A stretch of DNA of 63,717 bases, filler included, from Octopus bimaculoides (Eukaryota), in the NCBI RefSeq assembly GCF_001194135.2. It is 8 parts of 6 records of this genome, joined end to end, with 100 filler letters (N's around TTAATTAATTAA, not from the genome) between each part and the next. Parts side by side here need not be neighbours in the genome. Positions count along the whole stretch, not along the records: positions 39,505 to 47,721 come from NC_068981.1; positions 47,822 to 53,586 come from NC_068988.1; 6 more parts are not named here. One strand, written 5' to 3'. Below the pieces are notes generated by a model. That model did not search any database and had not been told where the DNA came from. It worked only from the letters and a program-made list of their open reading frames with translations. The position numbers and the translations under genes were made by a program. Below, one piece after another: positions 39,871-51,560 of this stretch; the stretch's first letter is position 1, and the number at the start of each line of letters is the position of its first letter.

Positions 39871-40418
39871 TAGCAATTTATCTCATCATATCAGTAGTAA
39901 TTATTTCATGAAGTGAGAAAAGAATTCAGTTTAAGTGAACTTGATAGGATTTGAACTCAAAATTTTAAACTATAGTTTTAAACAAGGGATCAGGAGATGT
40001 GGCAATTTGCTGCACTTGATAAGACACTTCAAGTTAAGTAAAATTACTGTCTTCCACACACACAGGCTTGTCCTTTCAGGTGTTGGTGCTGCATCAATGC
40101 ACCTGTGCCAGTGCTACGTTAACACTCCCATGCCGGTGCTGCATAAATGCACCTGTCCTGATGGCACATAGAAAACACTCAGCACACTCTGTTCAGTGGT
40201 TGGCATTAGGAAGGACATCTAGCCATAGAAACCATGCCACAACAGACAGTTAGAGTCTGGACAGCTACCTGCTAACCAGCTCCATGTCAACCGTCCAACC
40301 CATGCCAGCATAGAAAGTGAACGTTGAGCAATGATGATAGTAATATATTATAGAACTGGTCCACTATTTGTCTTTAAACTAAACAGTTATATTACTAGGT
40401 TTAGTTATATACTATCAA

Positions 40419-40624
40419 CCCTTTAACATTTAAACCAGCCATATTAGGCCCAAATATTCTACCTGTTTTATGGTCAAACCAACTAGATCTGACTTCTCAC
40501 ACCTACCCAACAATATCATTCTAAAAATAAATAATCACACCTTTGAAATCTTAAAACTGTGAGATAATGCATGATTAATTCAAAACAATATGAATAAATA
40601 AGCATTAGTCTGAAAGTTAAAGAG
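40419..40624. mobile_element. piggyBac-type MITE (degenerate)
   Basis: Ends CCCTTTAACATT..AAAGTTAAAGAG, flanked by TCAA and TTAA (a TTAA-like TSD). A similar right end, GGTAACGAAAGAGTTAA, lies at about 36362-36378. Confidence 0.55.
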
Positions 40625-40902
40625 TTAATTAATATAACTTTTTTTTGTACTTTTTAGAATTAGGATGCATAGTAGATGTTTCATCATCATCATCATCGTT
40701 TAACATCCGCCTTCCATGCTAGCATGGGTTGGACGATTTGACTGAGGACTGGTGAAACCGGATGGCAACACCAGGCTCCAATCTAATTTGGCAAAGTTTC
40801 TACAGCTGGATGCCCTTCCTAACGCCAACCACTCAGAGAGTGTAGTGGGTGCTTTTACGTGTCACCCGCACGAAAACGGCCACGCTCGAAATGGTGTCTT
40901 TT

Positions 40903-41550
40903 ATGTGCCACCCGCACAAGAGCCAATCCAGGGGCACCGGCAACGATCTCGCTCGAAAAACCTCATGTGTCACTCGCACAAGAACCAGTCCATGGNNNNN
41001 NNNNNNNNNNNNNNNNNNNNNNNNNNNNNNNNNNNNNNNNNNNNNNNNNNNNNNNNNNNNNNNNNNNNNNNNNNNNNNNNNNNNNNNNNNNNNNNNNNNN
41101 NNNNNNNNNNNNNNNNNNNNNNNNNNNNNNNNNNNNNNNNNNNNNNNNNNNNNNNNNNNNNNNNNNNNNNNNNNNNNNNNNNNNNNNNNNNNNNNNNNNN
41201 NNNNNNNNNNNNNNNNNNNNNNNNNNNNNNNNNNNNNNNNNNNNNNNNNNNNNNNNNNNNNNNNNNNNNNNNNNNNNNNNNNNNNCATGTGTCACCCGCA
41301 CAAGAGCCAGTCTAGGAACACTGGCAACGAACTCGCTCGAAAGATATCATGTGTCGCCCGCACATGAGCCAGTCCAGGGGCACTGGCAACGATCCCGCTC
41401 GAAAGATTTCATGTGTCACCCGCACATGAGCCAGTCTAGGGGCACCGGCAGCGATCTCGCTCGAAAAAAACCTCATGTGTCGCCCACACATGAGCCAGTC
41501 CAGGGGCACTGGCAACGATCCCGCTCGAAAGATTTCATGTGTCGCCCGCA
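40903..41550. repeat. About 62-bp minisatellite inside an RTE 3' UTR (partly in a gap)
   Basis: The unit CATGTGTC(A/G)CCCGCACA(A/T)GAGCCAGTC(C/T)AGGGGCAC(T/C)GGCAACGATC(T/C)CGCTCGAAA.. is visible at least 6 times either side of a 290-N gap. Confidence 0.9.
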
Positions 41551-42060
41551 CCCCAATAATGCCAAGACCATTACTGACACCTTGAGATGTCTCCTTATTG
41601 ACTAGTTTTCCACACAAAGTATTTTATAGCTGGATGTTTTTACTACTGTCAAACCTTATTTAACTTTAAGGTAACTTATTGCATTCTAATATATTTCTAA
41701 TGATTGCATCACAATACTGTATTTTATATTTCTGCTTCTTGAATGTATGCTGATTGTAATTGTAAAAAAGACTTCTAACCATGGTTACAGTTACGATGAG
41801 ACAGAGCCATCTAACTCATGCAAGTATGGAAAATCAAACATTGAATGAAATCATGGATGATGAAAACCATGATGATGACAACAGCAATGACCTTGATGAT
41901 GACAACGGCAATGGTCATGATGACAACAATGATGATGGTGATTACGATAATGTTCAATGGCAATGATAGCAACTAAGACAGCAGCTAACAATTCAATGTT
42001 ATTTTAAAAATTTTTTTATAAAAGTAAAGCTTCGTAAATTACATATTATTAATGACTTAC

Positions 42061-42144
42061 TTGCTGTTCTGATATCAGTGTTTCTCCATAGAGAACATCC
42101 TTGGATTTGTCTGGGTTCAGCTGTCTCACATACTCATACAGTTC
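42061..42144 (-). CDS. Probable internal coding exon of an unidentified protein (28 codons, phase 0/0)
   Basis: Strong acceptor (ttatttatctttttattttag|) and donor (|GTAAGT) bracket an 84-bp stop-free frame, ELYEYVRQLNPDKSKDVLYGETLISEQQ, in unique sequence. I do not recognise the family. Confidence 0.55.
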
Positions 42145-42380
42145 CTAAAATAAAAAGATAAATAATCATTAATATCATTGTGTATGCATAATATATTATA
42201 TATATATATATATATATATCATCATCATCATCATCGTTTAATGTCCGCTTTCCATGCTAGCATGGGTTGGACGATTTGACTGAGGACTGGTGCAACCGGA
42301 TGGCTACACCAGACTCCAATCTAATTTGGCAGAGTTTCTACAGCTGGATGCCCTTCCTCTCCTTGTTTCTTTCCGTGTTC

Positions 42381-42416
42381 CTTTCTGTAGAAGAGCATAG
42401 GCTCGAAACGTTAAAG
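42381..42416 (+). ncRNA. Second hammerhead-like motif of the same repeat family (core degenerate)
   Basis: CTTT-CTGTAGA-A-GAGC atag GCTC-GAAA-CGT-T-AAAG gives a 4-bp stem I, and A6 is replaced by T. It is duplicated at 42653-42688 by an assembly overlap. Confidence 0.35.
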
Positions 42417-42983
42417 ACTTTCTCAATTCCCGAGCGTTATACTAATACATCTATTTGTCTTCAACACCACNNNNNNNNNNTATATATATATCATCATCAT
42501 CATCATCGTTTAATGTCCGCTTTCCATGCTAGCATGGGTTGGACGATTTGACTGAGGACTGGTGCAACCGGATGGCTACACCAGACTCCAATCTAATTTG
42601 GCAGAGTTTCTACAGCTGGATGCCCTTCCTCTCCTTGTTTCTTTCCGTGTTCCTTTCTGTAGAAGAGCATAGGCTCGAAACGTTAAAGACTTTCTCAATT
42701 CCCGAGCGTTATACTAATACATCTATTTGTCTTCAACACCACCTGTCTTCATCTGTTGTTTTTTTGTGAATTCTCCCTATATAAGACTGCTGGTCTTCCA
42801 TAAACAACCTTGACTGGACTTGTGCCTCAAAGGATACATTTCTAGGTGCAATCCCATGGTTATTCATTACCGTTTTTTTTTATGTTCATAAATTACATTA
42901 CCTTCAGATTGACAACTGATATTTGAGGTGTAGGTGTTTGTTTTGGATTTTGTATGATTATTTTCTACATTATTTTCTACATA

Positions 42984-43150
42984 GGCGCAGGAGTGGCTGT
43001 GTGGTAAGTAGCTTGCTTACCAACCACATGGTTCCGGGTTCAGTCCCACTGTGTGGCATCTTGGGCAAGTGTCTTCTACTATAGCCTCAGGCCAACCAAA
43101 GCCTTGTGAGTGGATTTGGTAGACGGAAACTGAAAGAAGCCCGTCGTATA

Positions 43151-43195
<45 letters not shown>

Positions 43196-43413
43196 GTGTG
43201 TGTGTGTGTGTGTTTGTGCGTCTGTGTTTATCCCCCCAACATCGCTTGACAACCGATGCTGGTGTGTTTATGTCCCCATCACCTAGCGGTTCAGCAAAAG
43301 AGACCAATAGAATAAGTACTAGGCTTACAAAGAACAAGTCTCGGGGCGATTTGCTCGATTAAAGGCGGTGCTCTAGCATGGCCGCAGTCTAATGACTGAA
43401 ACAAGTAAAAGAG
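42984..43413 (+). mobile_element. tRNA-derived SINE (family C), full-length, with internal (TA)n/(TG)n microsatellite
   Basis: GGCGCAGGAGTGGCTGTGTGG (A box)..GGGTTCAGTCCC (B box), then a body, the microsatellite at about 43147-43215 and a conserved 3' half ending ACTGAAACAAGTAAAAGAG. It may correspond to one of the described octopus OK/OR1/OR2 SINEs, which I cannot assign without alignment. Confidence 0.85.
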
Positions 43414-44688
43414 AAAATAAAAAAGAATTCTAAATTTCATTTGTTTTAGAATATACAGAATTGTAGAATGAGTTTATCTTAATTTTTGGAAAGTGTATTA
43501 AAAATATTGACTTATTTAACTTTGTTATACCACTCTTAAAGTAATTGCTCAGCCCCTTTAAGTGTACAAATATCCACTTCCCTTATATTTGCACATATTA
43601 GATCTAACCCTTTCGATTTATCCCTCTCTTACCCTCTTTTATCTTTTTTCTTTCCCTTCTTGGCATTCTCTCTCTCTCTCTCTCTCTCTGACCACTGAAG
43701 TTTTCTTTGAAGCTACACTGGAAATACCCATCCTAGTTGATTTATGATGCTCTGTACATTTAAAGTCCTTTGTTTTATGTCCTCAGCCAAACAACTCTCT
43801 GAATATATAGACTAATTAACAAGTTCACCTTCAAAAGAGATCTTATTAATTGATACACAAAAATCCATCATCTTTACTCTGTGTTATCATTTGCATGTCC
43901 AGCAGAACTTTCTCCAACAAAAATATGTTTTCTCCTTCCATCAAATTGATTTTTCTATATAGAGATGAATTCATTCAAATTTTTGTTGTATTAACTTATT
44001 CCTTTGGTTATGATGAAATGACAATGGGCTTTTTATGTTATATAATCAATATTACATAATCATTGCTTATATTCATGTTTACCAACTTGTTATATGATTA
44101 ATTTGACCTATAAGTTATTGAAGCAGCTACAACAAAGGGATAAATTTGATACCAGTACCTCTATTCTTTTGCTTGTTATTTTATACTCTGATTAATTTAT
44201 ACTTCTAGAAGTTTCAATTTGTATGAAATGCATGCTTTTGTTGAAGCATATTTCCTTTCAAGACATTCGACATTCTGTTAGTTGTTACATGCAGGAGTGC
44301 TGACTGAGGTAACCATCTGGATTCCTGAATACCCTTTTATGCTGTGTATATATATCATCATCATCATTTAACGTCCATTGTCCATGATGGCATAGGTTGG
44401 ATGGTGTGACTAGAGCTGGCAAGCTAGGGGGACTGCACCAGACTCCAGTCTGATTTGGCATGGTTTCTATGGTTGGAGGCCCTTCTTAACGCCAACCACT
44501 TTACAGAGTTTACTGGATGCTTTTACATGGTACTGCATGGGTGCTTTTACATGGCACTGCATGGGCACTGCAGGGGTGCTTTTACATGGCACCATATGGG
44601 TACTGTTATGTGATGGTGCTTGGGCACTTTTACGTGTCACCACATAGGCACTTTTACGTATCACTGCATAGGCACTTTTACATGTCAC

Positions 44689-44738
<50 letters not shown>

Positions 44739-45957
44739 TAGTCGCCTTCTAGCACTTCTGCTGGTGGCACGCTAGAAAATCATTTGAGCGAGGCCGTTGC
44801 CAGTGCCACTGGACTGACTCCTGTGCAGGTGGCATGTAAAAAACAACTTTTTGAGCATGGCTGTTTCCAGTACCGTGTGACTGGCCCTCGTGCTGGTGGC
44901 ACGTAAAAGCACCCACTACACTCTCGGAGTGGTTGGCGTTAGGAAGGGCATCCAGCTGTAGAAACTCTGCCAGATCAGATTGGAGCCTGGTGCAGCCTTC
45001 TGACTTGCCAGTCCTCAGTCAAATCGTCCAACCCATGCTAGCATGGAAAGCGGGTGTTAAACGATGATGATGATATANNNNNNNNNNNNNNNNNNNNNNN
45101 NNNNNNNNNNNNNNNNNNNNNNNNNNNNNNNNNNNNNNNNNNNNNNNNNNNNNNNNNNNNNNNNNNNNNNNNNNNNNNNNNNNNNNNNNNNNNNNNNNNN
45201 NNNNNNNNNNNNNNNNNNNNNNNNNNNNNNNNNNNNNNNNNCATATATAAAGTCTAAGATTGAAGGCTATGGTATTACATTCATTCCTTCAATAGGGTCA
45301 TTTCAACAATATATAGTTCAGAGAGATCATGAATATATATATATGAAATATCAGAACATAATATAAAGCAGCAAGCTGGCAGAATCATTAGCACACCTGG
45401 CAAAATGCTTAGTGGCATTTCATCCAGCTTTAGATTCTGACTTCTAATGCTGCCTGAGCTGATTTTGCCTGTCATCCTTTTGGGGTTGATAAAAAGTACC
45501 AGTAGAGCACTGAGGTTGATGTAATTGACTTTGCCCTTCCCCAAAATTGCTAGCCTTGTACCAAATTTTAAAACCAATATTACAACATATTATATGTGAT
45601 CCATGATCATCATCTTATTAGACAAAAGTCAGAAAAGCAATAGAATTTACACTTGGAAAATTATGATTTATATATAGTTGTTTGTAAAGAACACAAGAGA
45701 AGCCTTGTACATATATAGATCAAGAGAATCTTTTGACATACATAAGAGAATGTGGTAGATAAGTATTGAAAACAGAGCTTAAGTTAGTTGCATTAAGTAG
45801 AGTTATTCAATCATGATGCTTTTAATATTTTATTGTACAATACAGTTATCTATTAGAAAATAAATTATCATAATTTGATTATCAGCATACAATCATACAC
45901 ACACACACACATATATAAACACATATACAAGTATACCCAGACATATGTGTGTGTATA

Positions 45958-46005
<48 letters not shown>

Positions 46006-46050
46006 CATAAATATATAGGGATTGACAGTAACCTGCTTCTCCAACATACT

Positions 46051-46223
46051 GAGAATTCAGAAATAGCAGTCAAAGAACTACTGATTTCAAAACTACAAAT
46101 TATTACTCCAGATTGATAGCGATATTTTTGATACACACAGAACCAAAAATATCGCTATCAATCTGGAGTAATAATTTGTAGTTTTGAAATCAGTAGTTCT
46201 TTGACTGCTATTTCTGAATTCTC
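46051..46223. repeat. Perfect 80-bp inverted repeat with 13-bp spacer, abutting a gap
   Basis: 46051-46130 is the exact reverse complement of 46144-46223. Confidence 0.9.
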
Positions 46224-47011
46224 NNNNNNNNNNNNNNNNNNNNNNNNNNNNNNNNNNNNNNNNNNNNNNNNNNNNNNNNNNNNNNNNNNNNNNNNNNNNN
46301 NNNNNNNNNNNNNNNNNNNNNNNNNNNNNNNNNNNNNNNNNNNNNNNNNNNNNNNNNNNNNNNNNNNNNNNNNNNNNNNNNNNNNNNNNNNNNNNNNNNN
46401 NNNNNNNNNNNNNNNNNNNNNNNNNNNNNNNNNNNNNNNNNNNNNNNNNNNNNNNNNNNNNNNNNNNNNNNNNNNNNNNNNNNNNNNNNNNNNNNNNNNN
46501 NNNNNNNNNNNNNNNNNNNNNNNNNNNNNNNNNNNNNNNNNNNNNNNNNNNNNNNNNNNNNNNNNNNNNNNNNNNNNNNNNNNNNNNNNNNNNNNNNNNN
46601 NNNNNNNNNNNNNNNNNNNNNNNNNNNNNNNNNNNNNNNNNNNNNNNNNNNNNNNNNNNNNNNNNNNNNNNNNNNNNNNNNNNNNNNNNNNNNNNNNNNN
46701 NNNNNNNNNNNNNNNNNNNNNNNNNNNNNNNNNNNNNNNNNNNNNNNNNNNNNNNNNNNNNNNNNNNNNNNNNNNNNNNNNNNNNNNNNNNNNNNNNNNN
46801 NNNNNNNNNNNNNNNNNNNNNNNNNNNNNNNNNNNNNNNNNNNNNNNNNNNNNNNNNNNNNNNNNNNNNNNNNNNNNNNNNNNNNNNNNNNNNNNNNNNN
46901 NNNNNNNNNNNNNNNNNNNNNNNNNNNNNNNNNNNNNNNNNNNNNNNNNNNNNNNNNNNNNNNNNNNNNNNNNNNNNNNNNNNNNNNNNNNTATATATAT
47001 ATATATATATA

Positions 47012-47720
47012 TATCATCATCATCATCATCGTTTAACATCCGCTTTCCATGCTAGCATGGGTTGGACAATTTGACTGAGGACTGGCAAACCAGATGGCTG
47101 CACCAGGCTCCAATCTGATCTGGCAGAGTTTCTACAGCTGGATGCCCTTCCTAATGCCAACCACTCCAAGAGTGTAGTGGGTGCTTTTACGTGCCACTGG
47201 TACGAGGGCCAGTCAGGCGGTACTGGCAACAGCCATGCTCAAAATGGTGGTTTTTACGTGACACCTGCACAGGAGCTAGTCCAGCGGTATTGGCAACGAC
47301 CTTGCTTGAATGTTTTTTCACATGCCACCAGCACAAGTGCCAGTAAGGTGAAGCTGGTAATGATCACACTCAAATGCTGCTATTTACGTGCCACTGGCAC
47401 GGAAGCCAGACAGCTGCTCTGGCAATGATCATGCTTGGAGGGTGCTGTTAGTGCTCCACTAGCACAGGTGCCAATCATCGAATTTGGTTGAATTACGATT
47501 TCGATTTCACTTGCCCCAACAGGTCTTCGCAAGCAGAGTTTAGTGTCCAATGAAGGAAAGGTATGCGTAAGTGGGCTGGCTACAACCCTGGCAGAGGCCA
47601 CGGATTATGGTTTCACTTGGCTTGCCGTGTCTTCTCACGCACAGCATATTTCCAAAGGTCTCGGTCACTAGTCATTGCCTCTGTGAGGCCTAATGTTTGA
47701 AGGTCGTGCTTCACCACCTC
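47012..47720 (-). mobile_element. RTE-clade LINE 3' end (ORF C-terminus, 3' UTR, (GAT)n tail)
   Basis: 47720-47613 encodes EVVKHDLQTLGLTEAMTSDRDLWKYAVREKTRQAK*, an RTE-type C-terminus. The UTR ends ..CCAACCCATGCTAGCATGGAAAGCGGATGTTAAACGATGATGATG. Confidence 0.8.
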
Positions 47721-48241
47721 ANNNNNNNNNNNNNNNNNNNNNNNNNNNNNNNNNNNNNNNNNNNNTTAATTAATTAANNNNNNNNNNNNNNNNNNNNNNN
47801 NNNNNNNNNNNNNNNNNNNNNTTCTATTCTACAAGGATCATTGTATTTCTGAGCATCTGCAAAGAGAGACTTGGTTTCTGTTCAAGATCAAAAAAAAAAA
47901 AAAAAAAATAGCATTGATGTACAATTGAACATTGATGCACGATTGAATTTATACCTTTACAATTGCTTCGGTTCCGTCACCATCTTCGTTGGAACAAATT
48001 GCAGTATTTTGATTTTTGTTTGATTAACACACTCTGTCAATGATCTTTTGATCTGAAAAGGGTTTGAGTTAATTCAATATCATTGTCGACTGTAATCCAA
48101 TTACAGGTGCCATTATCCTCCGGACTACGAAAATGAATTTTCCGAAGAGATTATTTCTACAGTCTGCATTTCTCTTGTGATCTGACTTAACATCAAAACC
48201 TTAAAAACTCTATTCCTTTTCATCATCAGAGATTAAATAGC

Positions 48242-48487
48242 TGTTATAAAGTGGAACCTCGTCCACTTGTATGTTATTGTCGGCACTGTAATATTCTTGT
48301 CGCCACTGTTATGTTGTGGCGGTATTCCGCGTCTTATTATCTTTAATTCGTCTATCGTGCTATTGCTGATAGCTCCGCAAGACAATGACTTTCAAACGTC
48401 TACCTTGACGGTAACTCGAAATCGTATATAACACGTAACTGACACCGACTCCAACTGAGAACTCGTACAACGACTCTACTACTACTG
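48242..48487 (-). mobile_element. Partial LTR of the same gypsy family, inverted
   Basis: Reverse complement of about 51651-51899 with few mismatches. It begins exactly at the LTR 3' terminus and is cut by a 10-N gap. Confidence 0.8.
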
Positions 48488-48497
48488 NNNNNNNNNN

Positions 48498-49162
48498 TAA
48501 ATCGTCACTGTTTTATATTTTTCATTTTGCACATGCGTATTCTTTGTTTTTGATTTTGTCGACTGCACAGCATAATAAGGTCAGTTGGGCACCGTCTGTG
48601 AGAAAAAAACAGCACCATGACGCAATTCACTCTGCCAGAAATTTGGAAATGACATGTTGTACTGCTTGGCATTCGCGCCGGAAGCTCCAATACGAGCATT
48701 TCAGAGGATGTGGGTGTCAATCTGAGGACAGTGCAATCCGAGGATATGTCCCGAGAGTGATAAAAATCATGCCTCCATTAATCTTCCCACACGGCCTCAG
48801 GCACAACACGGAGGTCTACATCAAGTGCCTGCAGGCGGTAGTGCTGCCCTGGGTCAACAGGGTCGCTGCTGGAAGACCCTATGTCTGGCAACAGGACTCT
48901 ACACCATGCCATACAAGCAGGAGAACCCAGTCATGACTGTCAGACAATTTCTGTGACCACATCACGTCTAACATTTGGCCACCTAACTCCCTTGACTGCA
49001 ACACCTTTGATTATTATGTGTGGGGTGCAGAGACCGCCCAGAAGAGTTGCGGGAGATTCCGAAGTCATCTGGAGGCTGTGGTTGAAGTCAATAGCGATTT
49101 TACTGAATTAATTTACTCTTTAGTATTTCAAGATATTTTTATGCAATATTGGTAAATAAATC
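48498..49162 (+). mobile_element. Second degenerate DD37D (maT-family) copy
   Basis: Homologous to 16650-17412. The frame YVWQQDSTPCHTSRRTQS*LSDNFCDHITSNIWPPNSLDCNTFDYYVWGA has exactly 37 residues between catalytic D2 and D3. Confidence 0.85.
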
Positions 49163-51560
49163 NNNNNNNNNNNNNNNNNNNNNNNNNNNNNNNNNNNNNN
49201 NNNNNNNNNNNNNNNNNNNNNNNNNNNNNNNNNNNNNNNNNNNNNNNNNNNNNNNNNNNNNNNNNNNNNNNNNNNNNNNNNNNNNNNNNNNNNNNNNNNN
49301 NNNNNNNNNNNNNNNNNNNNNNNNNNNNNNNNNNNNNNNNNNNNNNNNNNNNNNNNNNNNNNNNNNNNNNNNNNNNNNNNNNNNNNNNNNNNNNNNNNNN
49401 NNNNNNNNNNNNNNNNNNNNNNNNNNNNNNNNNNNNNNNNNNNNNNNNNNNNNNNNNNNNNNNNNNNNNNNNNNNNNNNNNNNNNNNNNNNNNNNNNNNN
49501 NNNNNNNNNNNNNNNNNNNNNNNNNNNNNNNNNNNNNNNNTGTACGTATGACTGACTTTTTCAATTTTCGATTATTTTCGTCATTGTTACGGTGTTTTAG
49601 CGTTTTTGTTCATTTGCCCGCTTTCACCTTTGTGTTTAAGTGAAACTGCTGTCCTATTGTCACCAGACAATCAGACTGTCTTTTGCTTTTTTTTTTTAAT
49701 CCCTAATGGCATGTCAGTTTTAGAGAATTCTAGATTATCAAGATTATCTCACCTGGTCATTTGGATTTGGTTGTCGTTTCCACGAGACATTTGTTTAATT
49801 TTCTCTCAAAAGGAAAATAATTTCAATAACTCAGTTATTTTGTTTTGTATTCGTTTGATATATCTTTATTCATTAATATACGCACTCGCAATAGGCTTAG
49901 ATTACAATCCTGATGTTTATAATATTTATAATGAAGAAATGTGTGACAGAGAAAAGCCTATGGTTTTTAAAAGTTTCTTTTGAAAACTTCCAATGTATGT
50001 ATGCATGTATGTGTCAATGTGTGTCTTTGTGTTTGTGTTTTGTTTGTCTCCCACCGCAATTTGACAACTGGTGTTGGTTTGTTTACGTTCCCGTAACTAG
50101 CTGTTCAGTAAAAGAGACTGAAAGGCTAAGAACTGGGTTAAAAAAAAAATTGAGTACAGCAGTTGATTTGATCGACTAAATCCTTCAAAGCAGTACCCCA
50201 GCATGGCCACAATTAAATGACTGAAGCTGGTAAAAGATAAAGAAAAGATATGTGTATGCATGTGTAAGTCTGTGTGTCAGTAGTTAGGTATGTGTGTGTG
50301 TGTGTGTATGTGTGTCATCGCAAAGTCACTTGTACTGGAAGCTTTTGTCTAATTGGAATGTAAGTGCCAGAAGTGTGACCGTAGCGTTGGGTTACATGTC
50401 ATTGTTAAGCAGTAAACACGCATGCACGCACGCACATACGCATGCATGCACGCACGCACACACAGAGAATGACGAATGAAATATCATTTAAGAAAGTAGA
50501 ACGGGACAAAAGCAGAAATGTGTTAATGACAAAATAGAGCATCAGGTCGTTGACTTTATACACGATTAAGTTCTCCAATGAAAAGCATTTATATTTCACA
50601 TCGTGTTTTGAACGAAACAGTAAAATAGGAAATAGGGATGGGGAATTATGCATCACCAAAACTGTGAACACCGAGTGAAAATATTCCATGAATGCGTTCT
50701 TATTGAATGTGATAATCTAAGGTTTAGTCATACTTAAAGATTTTAAAATGAAAATGGATTTGTAGATCTTATTTGTTTTCTTGAATGTTTGTTGAGAAGG
50801 TTTAAGATATGTCATGTTGTAAAAAATTGGCCATTACTTGTGTGAAAGACTATCAGCAGACATAGAAGCGTTGCAACATAGAGTGCGAACTTCGATGAAA
50901 CTTGTCAGAGAAATCCTCTTGTAGCTGATATACATTGTATATTATTAAATATACAATATCTTTACTGGAATTTTTTTTGTAGTTTCAAGCATAATTATAA
51001 ATTATTAATAGTTCCTAGATGCTCAAATACACATGATCAACACGGGATAAGAACAATTAAGTGATTGGAAAGTTCTATCGCCCAAAGCATTGACGGGGAT
51101 AATGAATCTACTCGTGTTTTATAAGACACCAACGGCTGGATCACGAACATTTAAAAGAATTGATTTACAAAGGAATATGTGCCAACATCTCGACTTGATT
51201 TACGTTATATGCCTAAGTCTTTAGATACAAAATATATCTCACTCCTTGGAAACTATATGGCCCATCCCTATAAATCTGAGTTTCAGATCGTGAAAATATT
51301 TGATCGTGATGTTTAACACCCCATGTCACTTCTCTCATATCACTAATGAACTAGGGAATTATCCATAATGTTTTGATGTAGCTTTAGAAATAATTTCATG
51401 AAATAATTTATCAACAGCTAAGTTTTTATCCCTAACTTTCGGTTCCAATTTACAGAGAAGGATGCAATCCTCGCACTTCATGCTGCCATGGACTTATGTT
51501 GAAATTATCATTCACTTTAGAAGGTGACAAATACTTGGATCTGTTTCCACGTTTGACTAT

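Noticed and set aside
40903-41550. Repeat array as possible CRISPR
   Set aside because: The units are contiguous with no unique spacers, there are no cas genes, and the context is a eukaryotic LINE UTR.
41781-41966. Asp-rich ORF (DDENHDDDN..)
   Set aside because: A degenerate (GAT/GAC/AAC)n trinucleotide tract. A similar tract lies at about 23540-23620.
42210-42740. Exact about 260-bp tandem duplication
   Set aside because: The copies are identical and separated by a 10-N gap, so these are unmerged overlapping contig ends. The same pattern occurs at about 2001-2095, 22507-22583 and 56650-56763.
49753-49790. Possible alternative first coding exon MSRGNDNQIQMT|GTGAGA (minus)
   Set aside because: Same reason: no homology or independent support.
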